64,000 bases of DNA from Balanoglossus misakiensis (Eukaryota > Animalia > Hemichordata), in the NCBI GenBank assembly GCA_040954595.2, contig CM082585.2, forward strand, positions 4,799,358 to 4,863,357, written 5' to 3'. The notes under the pieces were generated by a model. That model searched no databases. It worked only from the letters and a program-made list of their open reading frames with translations, and had not been told where the DNA came from. Positions 1 through 24,293 of the stretch are shown piece by piece. A program made the position numbers and the translations under genes. The number at the start of each line of letters is the position of its first letter. The first letter of the stretch is position 1.

Positions 1-535
1 CAGTCACTTGACAGTGTTACACTCGTCCATGCATTTTCATGTTAACCATTGACGAACTCATTACCACCTTCTTCTTAAACCAACTACACTTTCAAACACG
101 TTGGTTATCTCATGCTAATCCTTATTATAGGAAGCACCTCTCGCTAGAAAATTCGAATGATCATAAAAGAACTTGATTTAAGCAGATGTGATAGACACTC
201 GTGGCATTGGTTTAATTACTTTAATCTTTATCAGACTTCAAACGAATTTAATTTGGCTCACCATCATTGACTAAAAAATATCAAAATTTAGTATACTAAA
301 ATGAATTTTTTGTTGACAGAAGTGCATCCAATTATAAAAATATGATATTAAGAATAAATCCATGGAGTGTACCGTTATGTTTTGTCTTTAAGCACTGCTT
401 ATAATTTCTAAATTTGAGTTAATGCATTTCGTCCCGTATTAATATTTGTTATGAAGAAGTTACTGTAATCAGCTACGCACTTGCACTAATAATAACCAGA
501 TTTTAATTATCCATTGTTAATTTTCCATCGCGTAG

Positions 536-13097
<12,562 letters not shown>

Positions 13098-13384
13098 CCG
13101 CTACAATAATGCCATGCATAGTTGGAACGATAAAAGTTGCCGCAACGCATACTTTGGAGTTTGGCAGTGAATTTTGTTGAATCTGTATTTTAGTTTATAT
13201 TTAGAAGGCTTTTTATGGTTGTCATCAGACCAATGACTTTATTACACCTAACAATTTCTTAGGTGTAATAAATCTGTCAACTGGGACCGTCAGTGATTGT
13301 ACAACCAACAACTCATTGTATATCTACAAATAGATATTAAAACTAATAAACAAAATGGCCACATTTGTGTCAACAGAATCAGCT

Positions 13385-13560
13385 TTTTAAAACTTTCATA
13401 AGACAGAATGTAAAAATTTGTAATTTTGGTGAAGGTATAAATTAAAAAAAAAATTGAAGGGATAATAACTTTAAAAAAAAATAGCACTGAAGTTTTTTAA
13501 AACTTTCATAAGACAGAATGTAGACATTTGTAATTTTGGTGAAGGTATAAAATATAAAAA
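13385..13560. repeat. Local tandem duplication (~70 bp shared) in ABCC5 3' region
   Basis: ttttaaaactttcataagacagaatgta..atttgtaattttggtgaaggtataaa occurs at ~13385 and ~13495. Confidence 0.8.
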
Positions 13561-15156
13561 AAAATATGTAAGATTGATCACCTTTCCAAAATTAAATATC
13601 AGTTTTACCAGCAAGCTTTTTCATTTCAGCATGACGTGATTACCATGCTCAATTGCCTAAGATGAAAGTTAATCCTAAATTTTAACTTCTCATAGTATAT
13701 ATTAAAATATTGATAGTTAGATGGAGAACATATTTCTTTTTTCAGTTGAATTATTGAACAAGACTGGATTTCTATTACTTCTGTAATAAAATTTAGTAAA
13801 CGATGTGTGTCAAATGATTAAATAGGACACTGAAATAATTAGAAACATTAAATATTAAGTTTTTTATCGGAAAAATTCACTTGTAGGTAAATGTTTGAAA
13901 CACAGATATCGAATCTGGTTTTCAGAGGTATAGTCAACATGACAAAAAAATCACCAAGATTTTCCATTATGTTATAGTCTCAAGAGTCCATTTTTCACAG
14001 TTGAAATAAAGTGATATTAACCTTGTATTGAATTATAAACTGTAACAATGATAGGACCTTTTGACTTTGTAATATATGTACTGGTAAATTTGGGCTTATG
14101 GTTACCCCACTTTAAAGATCGGTTAGACTGGACAATGGAAATAATCTATGTGGGATTTATTTCAAATCTTACACCCTTTTCGTCCAGTGTATCTTGATCT
14201 CAGATGTGGAAGTAAATTCAGTGAATGCAGCTCTGGTCATTGGTTTTGATTTTATTTTCATCGAAATCTAACTTCCGAGTGATATGAGCGAGATTAAAGT
14301 TGCACAAAACTTGACATTTCATTGCGAGAGCAGTTTTGCAATGCAAAACCTTCAATTGCTACATGTGAGTCTTAGTGAAAACACTGATTTTCATTGTTAT
14401 GTACACAAAGTTTTCATCATTTCATTTGTGAGTTCTCAGGTGTACATACAACGGATACTACGATCACCAGTGTTTTCCCCTTTGTGTTTTGAAGGTTTTC
14501 GGCAATGCATGTTATTTTTTTGTAAAAGGCAACTTACTTTCACTGACTTGTCTTCCGACATTTTTTGTGCCGGAAAAATTGATACTAATAAATATTTGAT
14601 TTTTTATGCACAAATATTATGGAGTGTTGATTATGCAAATGTCTGGGCACGAACGGACACTTACAAAACATCACGTAGCCACTAATACCAATTCCACCCC
14701 AGAAAATTGGTTACACGATCAAACTTTGTTTGATGCTCCAAATCCGACACCCCCCCCCCCCCCCCCGCCCACAAATACATACACTTATGTATGTACATTT
14801 CATCAACACATCAACTCCCATTTTCATGAACACACACATTGCCACTATGATTTCACTTTCAAATATTTATTTTGACATAAATTATCTTACAACAGAGGAA
14901 TATTTTCCCACAGATATGTCACAGTTATTTAGAAAAACTAAAACATACAAGGAATATTGTCATGACCACAACATTGGCCTATAAAATGGATATAAATCCC
15001 AGGTAGATATCTGTTGCCCGATCAAGTAAGAACAAAATGAGCTGCAACACAACAAACCATTTTGGCTTTAAAATAATTTCCAATATGCAAATATTGCCTG
15101 TCTATCAAGATAACACTTATTTATGACGAAATGGCCAAAAAATACCAAAACAGTCG

Positions 15157-15512
15157 AAAATTTGCACAATTTAAAAAAAAGTTAAATATTGCAATGAAAA
15201 ACGAAAATATAATGTCTCAGTCGAGTACATTTATATGTATTTCTGTGCACACATTTCTATGGGCTATTATTAGAACAGTATGAAAATCAATTTCATGATA
15301 ATTTCTCAAAAGTTGCAGCTCATGGGGTTTTAAATCTGGAAATTTGCACAATTGAAAAAGAGTTAAATATTGCAATGAAAAATGAAAATATAATGTCTCA
15401 GTCGTGCACATTTACTTTAGTACACACATTTATATGGGCTAATATTAGTACAGTTTGAAAATCAATTTCATGATAAATTTCTCAAAAGTTGCAGCTCATG
15501 GGACTTTAAATC
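15157..15512. repeat. Tandem duplication (~180 bp unit) downstream of AP1S stop
   Basis: aaatttgcacaatt...gttaaatattgcaatgaaaa...aatgtctcagtcg...ctcaaaagttgcagctcatggg is present twice in tandem. Confidence 0.8.
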
Positions 15513-15729
15513 AGGTACAATGTATATGTTTCTTCCAATGTAGATAGTATAAAATTTACATCATTTTCAAGGTCCAATTGCTGAGAAATATAGCTGCTCT
15601 TATTTCTTCCAGTGTAGCATTCAACTGTATGTGACCGAGTATTGACAGAGATGCTTTTGTGAAGTTTCTTTGAGCACTGAATTCTCTTGTCTGTCTAGCT
15701 GCACACTATTGCCAATAATTTACAATTAA

Positions 15730-16644
15730 AGGGACAAAGTCTCTCTCTCGCTGCCCCTTTCCCATTATGTTTGATACAAGACACTGTTTATGTTAATGTA
15801 CATGTGGATATATAGTGAATCAATGTTAAACCACAAACAACTTCTATCCAGCTTGTAGATATAAGAGTAAAAAAACTCGCCAAAATGAATAAACGGTAAA
15901 GACTGATTATTCATTTTGGCAAGGTTTTTACCCTGAGTGTCTACAAATGGGATGGAAGTTGTGTGTGGTCGAATGTTGATTAAGCAATAACCCCCGCCGC
16001 AGGCGGGTATACACGAGATTTGGGTACAATTCGAGACATATAGCACGAGCCGTCAGGCGAGTGCTATATGGAGCGAATTGTACCCAAATCGAGTGTATAC
16101 CCGACTGAGGCGGGGGTTATTGCTATTATATTATATCAACAACTGTTTTTGTGGCATATCAGTGTCATTTTCTTACCGAAACGGTGTCAGAAAGAGAAAT
16201 TACGATCGTGAACCAACATGGCGACGACGAATGTAAACACGAACGGCCGGGATCGAGCATTAAACATGAAGGAGACAACAAAAAGTGACAAGACGGGCAT
16301 CGCGCGTGGCAAAGCGACAAATATATCCACAGAGCCGTTCCAAAATAAAACGTCCGTTAATGATTCAACATTATTTTTGTTTTATTTATTTGGTTTAAAC
16401 ACGCGCGACTGTGGTTTAACCGCACATTTTGCTGCCGTATGCTAATTCAGGGGCCCGTTTTACCACTGCTAGCCATGGTAAAACAGTATTTTACCATTGC
16501 TGGATTCAGCTCTCGTCCAATCAGAATCGCGGATGGTAGCATGATATAATATAATTCACTATATATCCACATGTGCATCAACATAAACGGTGTCTTATAT
16601 CGAACATAATTAATGCAAAAAGAGCAGAGAGAGACTTTGTCCCT
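15730..16644. mobile_element. TTAA-flanked palindromic MITE (family B) interrupted by a nested insertion
   Basis: TTAA|agggacaaagtctctctctc ... gagagagactttgtccct|TTAA. An uninterrupted copy lies at 30248-30594 and a left-truncated copy at ~18412-18676. Confidence 0.8.
15981..16555. mobile_element. Nested ~575-bp non-autonomous element with a 142-bp terminal hairpin (Helentron/Helitron-like?)
   Basis: Splits the host sequence gttgat|tcactatatatcc, which is contiguous in the 30248-30594 copy. The hairpin spans 15983-16124. Confidence 0.65.
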
Positions 16645-17056
16645 TTAATTGTACATTTACAATAAACACTCTTCCTGCTTGTTTACACACAATCAGCTAC
16701 AAACTGGAGACCTGGCTTGGAATGAAACACAATCACATAAATTAGTCATCACTTTGATTTAAAACAATGACGTACGGAACTGGTCAAGTTTTGGAGAGGC
16801 ATTTTTTTTTCTGGGCAGCATTAGTAAAAATGTCCTGTTGGCAGCTGGGTAATTTGTTACATTGCACATACAATACTTCCTTTGATTACCACAAGGATTA
16901 CAATATTGTACCCAGTATATTTATGAACTTGTACATGTACACAGAAACGATTTGATATGTTTTTCTTTGTAATACATATATGTAGTTTTGTTACATTTTC
17001 ATTCTTTAGGGTATAATGTATGTGAGAATAGAAGGATTTGAAGTATCTTTGGAACA

Positions 17057-20000
17057 TTATGTGAGTCCAATTTCTTCCAGAACACTTCTATTTCCATCCA
17101 TTTCCTGCAAAAATAAAAAGTTAAAATCTCTCTTAAAAAACAAAATTACGAAATGTGTGTAGAGTACAATGACAAGGCAGCAGGGAGGTAATACATACTT
17201 GGGGTGTTAAACAGAAATGAATGATATTTTTTATCAGGAAATATGACAGTGCAGCGTGTTATTATTTTATTAGAGCAAAAGCAGGGTGCGGTTTACATGG
17301 AACAACGTTATGGATATGACAGGTGCGGTCATGCAGTGCTTGAGACGAGAAATGGCTGAATTGAACTTGAACTTTGAAGTTTTGGTTTGAAGTCATTGAA
17401 GATGGAAACCATGAGTGTGAGAAAAAAACTGCCGATTCGTTTAGGCAGTTTGCAATGAAAGGTTTGGTGGGGGGGGGGGGAGCATATTGTATCAATTTGA
17501 TCTGAGACACACTATGGAAATGCAAATTGTCGATTAATTCTGTTATGATGAAATTTCTGATGGAACCTGAATTGTGCATCTACCTCCTTGAGAATGAAGA
17601 CCAGACTTTTTATCAAGTTATCCAAATGTCTACCACAAAGCTACATGTATACTCTATCTTGTCACAATTTACCTTGGGTGAAGTGAAACCAATTTTTTCA
17701 TTCCAATCAAACAGTACCAAGGTATCAATACTAGAGCATTTAGCAGGACCATGTGATAATTTTCCATTCTGCCAATTTCATCCAAAGTCTGTATATCAAA
17801 CTCATCAGTTCAATCAAGCTTTTTGACTTATCTGAATAGCGACTTTAATTGTAATTGAGCTCTGACAACCGTTCAATGTTTCAGTGAGAAAAACACCGTA
17901 AAAATAATCTAAAATAATTAAGAAATTGTCAAAATTAATCAACTTAGTCGATTAAATAAAATGTCTTTCTTAGAGAGTTGGACGTAATATCAGGCTAAGG
18001 AAGCAGATGCACAAAAAATGACTGAAATTTTGGAGTAAGTGGTCAGCGAATACGTTCTGCCATTTCTCAGTAAGTATTGACAAGGATGTGGTTAGTAAGG
18101 TCTGATATGCCTACAGGGTTATAAGTAAGGCTGCCGCCAAGAGAGTTTTGATTAAAGAAATCCCATCTCCTCCAACGCATTTCGCATGGCATCAGCCTCC
18201 TATGTAGCAAATGAAAAGAGAAGGTAATTCGATACAGCAAAGGTTGAGAAGTCAAAGGTTAGAGGTTACAAGATGGTGAGGAAACTTAGTTTGAGCTTAT
18301 AAAGGATATAAGTAGGTATCATTCATACAGCTCTAGAGGGCGCTTGTCATATTAACTGTGGCTTCCAAGCCTCTTTGTGATAGATCTTTTAAACAAGGGG
18401 CAACAGTTCAAGTGGATATATAGAGAATCAACATTCAACCACAAACATCTTCTATCCCGCTTGTTGGATATGAGAGTGAAAAACTCACCAAAAGAATAAT
18501 CAGTGTTTACCATTTATTCATTGTGGGCGAATGTTTACTCTCATATCTTACAAACAGGATGGAAGGTGTGTTGGTCGAACGATGATTCACTATATATCCA
18601 CATGTACAATAACATAAACGGTGTCTTGTATCAAACATAATTGATGGAAAAAGGGCAGCGAGAGAGAGTTTGTCCCTTTAACCTCTTGCATCATGGAACA
18701 TATTTTCATATAGTTGTGATGGATTATGTTCGGTCTTCATCAGTGAAACTGTTGCCTTTTCCAAATCTTGCCGTCAATTCACCGTTAACAAAATCATAAC
18801 CATTTTCTCCCAACACGCCTCCAACAGTAATAAAATTGGCTTTCAAGTCAGAAATTGTAATTATGATTTTTTGCAGGACAGGAAACTGGTAGAATGAATT
18901 TTGCAACACATGCATATTGGTTAGACAGGATTATTAACCATTTCGCCACTATGGTTCAGTCAAAGTCCATTCCTTTTTTTATGGTAAGGTTGGACCTTTC
19001 TAGTGGGAACTGGGGGGTGAAAGGGTTAAGAGGTCATGATTTATTACAATCAAGAAATGTGTTATTACAGGTTAGAACGGGTGTACAATGTATTTGGGAA
19101 AATACGTCAAAATATTTTGTGAATATCAAGACAATTTGAATGACAACAATTTGATACATGTTTGCAAGTTCGATCTGACATGATTTTGACCGTGACATAC
19201 CTCTTGTAGAAGATCTTGAGCCGCAATTGCCTTCAGAACATTCTTTTTACTGGTTTCTTGAATTTCACCTCCAAGCATCAATTCGTCCAGCATAAAATAG
19301 GCTTTCTCAAAATTGAATATGATGTCTAATTCACACACCTGTAACAGACAGAAAATGGCTGTTCAAAGCTACGCTGTTTGTTGTACATCATGTATTGCTG
19401 TGAAAATAACATCCCATTCATTCTTCCATCCAGGATGCCATCAACAGGGGGATATGTCCCCCTTTGCCAGAATATTTGGGGAGGGGGTTCCACTCTGGCA
19501 AGAGGGGACTGCAACATAACTGAGTTAGTGTGACTGACATCATTTCATGCGGCACTGGATTCCCCTTGACAGATTGCTAAGGGGTGCCAACATGTTAAAG
19601 GTATACAGTCACCTATGCAAATTTAGCCCCAGTTACCATGGTAAATTGGGATCTAGCCAATCGCTGATTTTCAGTGGGTGGCACACGCGAAAAAAGAGCG
19701 CCACCATATGTTCTTTAGAACACTCAAATACACCATTTCAGCCATATATGGGCGTATGTAAATTGGAGGTGGCTGTATACCTTTAAGAGAGGGTTGATTG
19801 CCTCACCCCATTGTCTAGATAAAACACATATACTTGATTGCCAAGATGGCCGAAATAGAAGCCTTCCCTAGCAATTACACGAACACACATTTCAAAAGGT
19901 TTGGTGGTCAGAACAATTAACTTAACAACCCCGTACCCTGACCCTCTGGTGACCTATGGAATGATGTCATTCAGAACTCTTCTAGGATCAGCCGTTTGCA

Positions 20001-21205
20001 TATTGTTACCAAGGCAGAGAAACGTTTTTCAGGACTTCTCCAAGAAGGCTTTGTAAAACTAGGCGAGTTCAACTCAATCTGAATGATATCAGAAACACAT
20101 TAAAATTCAACACCTATAGATACTTACACTTCCAAAATATTTATCCAAGAGTTCGACATATCTGTGAATGATTTCCAAAGTCAGCAACTCATTATCCTTG
20201 TCTTCTATTGCACAGCAGAAATACAAACTGGCATACCTGAGAAGAAAAATTACAAAAAAATCATAAAATCCTTCAAACTTTGCTCTCTTTGCCTAACACA
20301 TTTTGCATTAGAGTGTATCAATCACAGAACTGAAAACATGTACAGTGTTCATTTTTGAGGTTCTGAAATCACTGAGCAGATACCACATTTTTATCTACTA
20401 TACTAGTATACAGAAGATCAAGAAGTCAATCAAGAAGACTGACAACTTGTTTCAATTTTTCATGCATCTTCAAAACAATGTAAACTGGAGGCATAAACTT
20501 TGGAATTCGCACAAAATCTGAAAGAATGTACACATACTCAATTTTAGCACGCTCTAAGCCCATAGCCCAGATAATCAGTCTTGTTTATTCCCTAGTCTTC
20601 AGTGTTCAAAATCAAGAACAGCAAGATTATTGGCATATAAATCACTCACCTTTTGTATACAACTTTACAATCTCTCCATTCAAGAAAACTGCACATTTTA
20701 GGTTTCCTACTGAGAATTGTCGTCATGAGTTCTCTGGTGATTTTCTTCTTGTCTTTTTCTAGTTTTGCCACCCACCACTTTTGTAGTCGCAGTTTCCCTT
20801 GACGACTGAAAAGCAGCATAAACTGCATCTACAGAAATCAGAACAAACATGTACATTGCATGTTACTTCACTGATAGTGATGGGAAAACCAACACTTATC
20901 ATATGTTATAGTTGTGTATGATTTTAATTTTAGCAGGACCAACACAATCTGAATTCTGATGCCCACATTTCCGAAATAATGAACTATTGTCATTTGAACT
21001 AGTGAACACAGTAGTCTAGAGCTACAATACAAACGATATCACGGTCTGTGGTTACAGCTATCACAGCTTGATATAATGATAGCCACAACCGCACTACGGG
21101 TAAGCTGATGGATCACAACATTGATCAGCAAGTTCCTTTGGGTTCGTGTTTCCTGCTTTTCACGTAGTATGGCTGAAAGAAAACAACAAAACGGTAACTT
21201 ACCAT
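17057..21205 (-). CDS. AP1S2: AP-1 complex subunit sigma (158 aa)
   Basis: Exons: 21203-21205 (ATG only), 20650-20828, 20128-20236, 19201-19338, 17057-17104. Protein: [19 protein letters not shown]...[12 protein letters not shown]...[19 protein letters not shown]...[15 protein letters not shown]. This is the typical sigma-1 sequence and exon layout. Confidence 0.95.
18152..18199 (-). CDS. AP1S2: Alternative terminal coding exon of AP-1 sigma
   Basis: Pyrimidine-rich acceptor ttctcttttcatttgctacatag, then phase-0 [15 protein letters not shown]. Same length (48 nt) as the 17057-17104 exon and alignable to it. Confidence 0.7.
   Translation of the reverse strand, partial: EADAMRNALEEMGFL
19599..19782. 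mobile_element. TTAA-flanked MITE family A copy 2
   Basis: TTAA|aggtatacagtcacct ... aggtggctgtatacct|TTAA. Confidence 0.75.
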
Positions 21206-24200
21206 CTTGACGATCTTCTTTCCCCCTTAACCTGCGAAAAAGCTGAGGCACAGATGATAACAGTATCGCACAGACACCAGAACGGACACCGGCTTAGATT
21301 CTTTTCACCGGAAGTGGAGAAACACCACCAACACGCCCTCGTACAAAATATATTGATTTTAAACAAACAAAAAGACATAAAAATATTCTCCTTTCTTTCT
21401 GTTCAGGCTTGATTGAGAATTTCTACGATAAAAACTACTTAAAGAGCCCTAGTTTTGTGAAAAAGAAATATTTTGCTGATATTATACAAATTAAGACTGC
21501 GATGATTACGGAAAGAGGTTGATGATCTTATCTGGACCCGTTTACCGTTGATGGCGCTGTGTTCGATGACCGCTCGATAGCTCGATGGGCGTGGCTCAGT
21601 CGGGTCCAGGGAAGGGACGGAGGATTTTCCGGAAAAATGTCGTTTTGCCTTTGCTTTCGGGTGGATATAGAATGTTGCATTTGACTGGCACATGGGCTTA
21701 CATGTAAGTTTCAGAAGTGTCGGAATCTGCAGAACTGTATCGTGAGCAAAGAGGAATGCCTTGCAAGAAGATACTGCATACATGTAGTTCATTGGCCTAT
21801 ATCCAAAATATCGAACACGTAAAAAAATCTCATAATACATTGAAAGAAAATGATTGGAAAAGCTTTCGTTTTGTGTGGCGGCTCCAACCCATTGATTAGT
21901 GTTTCCAGTGGGATGGATGCACCAAAGACATTTTTTGACAAAGTAATAAAGTTGATATCACCTAAAAACATTCCGGGAGTAAGAACCCTAGAGAGGGGTG
22001 AGTAAGAAAATAAATCGCCTTACAGCAATACGAATAAGAAAAATAAAGTAGTTTTATCGCCCTGGGACAAATAGGAAAAGTAGATATAATTAGCTAGATA
22101 CGTACATTTAGAGGAGATCAGAGACCTGAATGAGTAAAGATGAATCGGAAAGTAGAACAAGAAAGCCAGGGAGGGGAATGCGAACGTGATGAGGTTACAA
22201 AGGGAAAAAGTAAGGCCTGAAAGTGCTGTGGTCGTCTATATTTTTGTTCTCCTTTGTAAAATGTTTTAATGTTCAGTGAATATGAAAACATCCAGATTTG
22301 TGCACATCAGATCAGTCTGGTGTCAAAAGGTAAGTAGCGGTTGACACTTTGTATCCGTAACAATGCCTATTGTTTGCCTGTCGTTGCGGCAAATACGATA
22401 TAAATTGTCAAATAACTATCACATCTTAATGTATTTATATATTTGACATCATCGTTTTGCTAAAATATCCTGAGTTAGGTTTGATGACAATATATTCATA
22501 CCTATGATTGTCATTCTTGTGAAGAAAGGAAGTTTAATTTTACCAGTAACCATAGTCCACCCTTCGGTTTGTTATTCCTAACTTCTATCCGCACCTCAGT
22601 CGTGCGTGGGTGATGCATGTAATATATTAATGGCCAGAAAAGCATAAATCACAGTTTGTAAAGCCCCGTCTACTTTACAAATATCTATTTTTAGTTCGGG
22701 GTCTCGTTACAGTGTAAACAGCAGTGCATGCACATAGAGAACTTATTTCCGCGTCGGAAATATAGCTGTCTAATAAACAAGGTTTTCGTGCTGTTGTTCC
22801 GTTTCCTCCTGGTGTGTGTTTCTCGCCTGTGTGTTGAATGGGTGTATGCGGGGCTGAAAACGGTCAAAATTAGGTGAGTCCTGTTAAACTTAATGAAGCC
22901 TTATCGGAAAAGCATTTAGTGTCATATACGCGTATACAATCCTGTATGTATTGTCGCAATACAATATGATTTGCTGGCCACTAAGAACTGGCCGTGAGGT
23001 CGGGGTCTTCGACATTGTGGCATTGTCGTTGGAAATGTAACAGCGTGGCAGCGAATTCGGAACAACCAGAATTTACTAAACTTGATAGCCACCGGCGAAG
23101 CTATGAATCGCTGGCTACTCTGACAGGAATTGCAATGCTCTTTCATTAATCAGCAATTCACAAGTGCACCGAAATGACTCTGATATCAGGAGTGCCCTGA
23201 TAAGATATACAAACACTATTTATAATGTAATTTTGCCATGGTTTTCTTGGTTAGAATAATCCATTACCCGCAAAATACAATTGCAAAATATATAACCCAA
23301 CAGAAACACGGAACACCTATAGAATTCAGCCTGAATAGCTCTGAGTACAAAGTACAAAGACTCTGGCCCACGCTAAATATCGAATAACTGTCATGTCACC
23401 CTGAGTGTGGTCACCCCAAATGACCGGCAAATGAGCCCCGATAACGGGGCATACATTTTTTACTTTTTATTACAAAGACTGAATTCTACATATTTCAGTA
23501 GCAACTGACATTGTGAGGTTCTGATGAAACTTCGCAAGCTTCTTGTAATAGTAACGGCTTATCAACTACCAGTACCCCAAACGCCTGCTGCAGGTGACAA
23601 AAACACTATGTTTTTTGATAACGTCTGATAACAAAATACTAAATAACACAATTGCAGTGTAAACATAAGCTTTGTACTACTGTTTTAGTCACGCTTTTGA
23701 TCATTGTGTCGTGCTGTGATGTTTGGTGTGCTAGTTGGAATACCTATAGCGAAGTAGTTGTAGCGCTATTTTCAAGATACAATGCATCAGATACATCGAA
23801 AGTTGGACTTATAGCGCCAGCCATTTCGGATGTTAACTTCCACTTTCTGAAAAAAATCCTAAAGTTAGAGTTTCATTCAATGGTGTTCCGCATGATTAGA
23901 ACACACCCATTGTGAAAATAAAACATTTCGTTGTTCATAAACTTGTCAATCATGAATTGACCTCTCCCTTAAAGGTGACACCGTGGTAGTAATCAGTCAC
24001 GATTTCGTAAACACTACTAAAGTCATAAACGAACAGGTTAGCGTGGTTCTTCACATGGTAAAATCTTGCAGTAACAGCTAGCCAATTGGCACCAACATGC
24101 TACGCGGTGAAATGAAATGAAAAGGAAAAAAAGTTAATTTAATTGATGAATTTAACCGTCTGAAATAATGTAAATTATGTCGAAGGCATACACATATGTC

Positions 24201-24287
24201 ATAGAAGTCTTACTTATTGAATTGAGGTGTGGTGATACATATGTTTTCTTTCAACTATTAACTAGCGGTGTTTTTATTTTATTGCAG
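21206..24287. promoter_or_regulatory. Divergent promoter/5'UTR region between AP1S and the Rac-like gene, with candidate non-coding Rac first exons
   Basis: CpG-richer stretches at ~21.2-21.8 kb and ~22.6-23.1 kb. Strong + strand donors AAG|GTAAGT (22330) and TAG|GTGAGT (22874). An acceptor ends at 24287, 6 nt before the Rac ATG, so at least one upstream non-coding exon is required. Confidence 0.45.
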
Positions 24288-24293
24288 AGTAAT

